The position numbers and the translations under genes are program-made. DNA of 63,214 bases, counting the filler, from Chiloscyllium plagiosum (lineage: Eukaryota): NCBI RefSeq assembly GCF_004010195.1. It is 4 parts of one record of this genome, joined end to end, with 100 filler letters (N's around TTAATTAATTAA, not from the genome) between each part and the next. Parts side by side here need not be neighbours in the genome. Positions count along the whole stretch, not along the records: positions 60,860 to 63,214 come from NC_057716.1; 3 more parts are not named here. One strand, written 5' to 3'. Under the pieces are notes generated by a model. The model saw nothing but the letters and a program-made list of their open reading frames with translations. It searched no databases and was not told the DNA's origin. The number at the start of each line of letters is the position of its first letter. Position 1 is the first letter of the stretch. This document shows, piece after piece, positions 62,340 to 63,214 of this stretch.

Positions 62340-63200
62340 ATGGCCTTTAGTAGGGTGATTGGCTCTTCCTGTCGGATGTGGGAGATTAGGGAGAGTTTCC
62401 ATGTTAATGATGATTATGACTGTAGGAAGTGTGTTGGATTGCGAATCTATCAGATGCAGCAGCAGTTAGAGGCAATGAGCAATGTACAGAAACTAAGGGA
62501 TGTGATAGATGGCATTTGTGGGAAAATAGAAAAACCATGAAAATCAGGTAGATGGGTTACCTCATGGAAAGTTGGACAAATGGGAATGTAGGCAGGGATC
62601 CCCTGTGGCTGTTCCCCTCAATAACAAGTATACCGTTTTGAATACTGTTTGGGGGGTGGGGGGTGGTGGGAAACTTATCAAGGGTAAGCCATGGGGTACA
62701 GGTGTCTGGCACAGAGTCTGTCCCTGTTGCTCAGAAAGGAAGCGGGGAAAGGAGCAGAGCATTAATCATGAGGAACTCCTTAGTTAGAGGTCAGACAGGA
62801 GGTTCTGTGTGAACGAGAGAGACTCACGATTGGTGTGCTGCCTCACAGGTGTCAGGGCTAGTGAAGCTAGTTTTCGGCATCCTTGAGGGGGAGGGGAGCA
62901 GCTGCAAGTCATGGTCCCCATAGGCACTAACGACATAGGTAGGAAAAGGGATGGGGATTTAAGGCAGAAATTCACGGAGCTAAGGTGGAAGCTTAGTGCA
63001 AGAACAAACAGAGTTGTTATTGCCGGTTTGTTGCCCGTACCATGTGCTAGCGAGATGAGGAATAGGGAGAGAGAGGTATTAAACACGTGGCTACAGGGAT
63101 GGCGCAGGAGGGAGTGATTCAGTTACCTGGATAATTGGGGCTCATTCTAGGGTAGGTGGGACCTTGACAAACAGGATGGTCTACACCTGAACCAGAGGGG
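62340..63200 (+). mobile_element. CR1 LINE ORF1 (zinc finger + SGNH esterase-like), decayed
   Basis: SSCRMWE...CRKC; VPIGTNDIGRKR...RVVIAGLLPVP. Confidence 0.8.
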
Positions 63201-63214
63201 GCAGAGGGGGAGGG

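Overview
Repeat-dense vertebrate DNA, almost certainly a cartilaginous fish (shark): HE1-type V-SINEs with (TAATC)n tails, many decayed CR1 LINEs, Penelope-like elements (PLEs), a Gmr1-type Gypsy remnant, and Rex1/Babar and L1 fragments, with five assembly gaps. Two host coding signals stand out. (1) The 3' half of a divergent type II keratin on the minus strand: canonical 126-bp and 221-bp rod exons at 59564-59689 and 56669-56889, plus candidate tail exons at 53772-53866 and ~51480-51719. (2) An unusual high-GC3 first exon at 10668-10996 (+) in a CpG island. It encodes a short acidic head followed by a very divergent type III-like intermediate-filament coil 1A/L1/coil 1B, with a 1-residue insertion and a one-heptad deletion. 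I cannot see downstream rod exons for it. The PLE-associated repeats carry three distinct minimal hammerhead-ribozyme motifs (CUGANGA...GAAA), and many copies form fold-back, ORF-less insertions with 11-16 bp target-site duplications. A motif-rich CpG promoter at ~8.3-8.8 kb and a CpG-rich putative non-coding first exon with a 108-bp tandem duplication at 46.7-47.1 kb have no assignable gene. All calls were made by eye without database searches; repeat boundaries are approximate.
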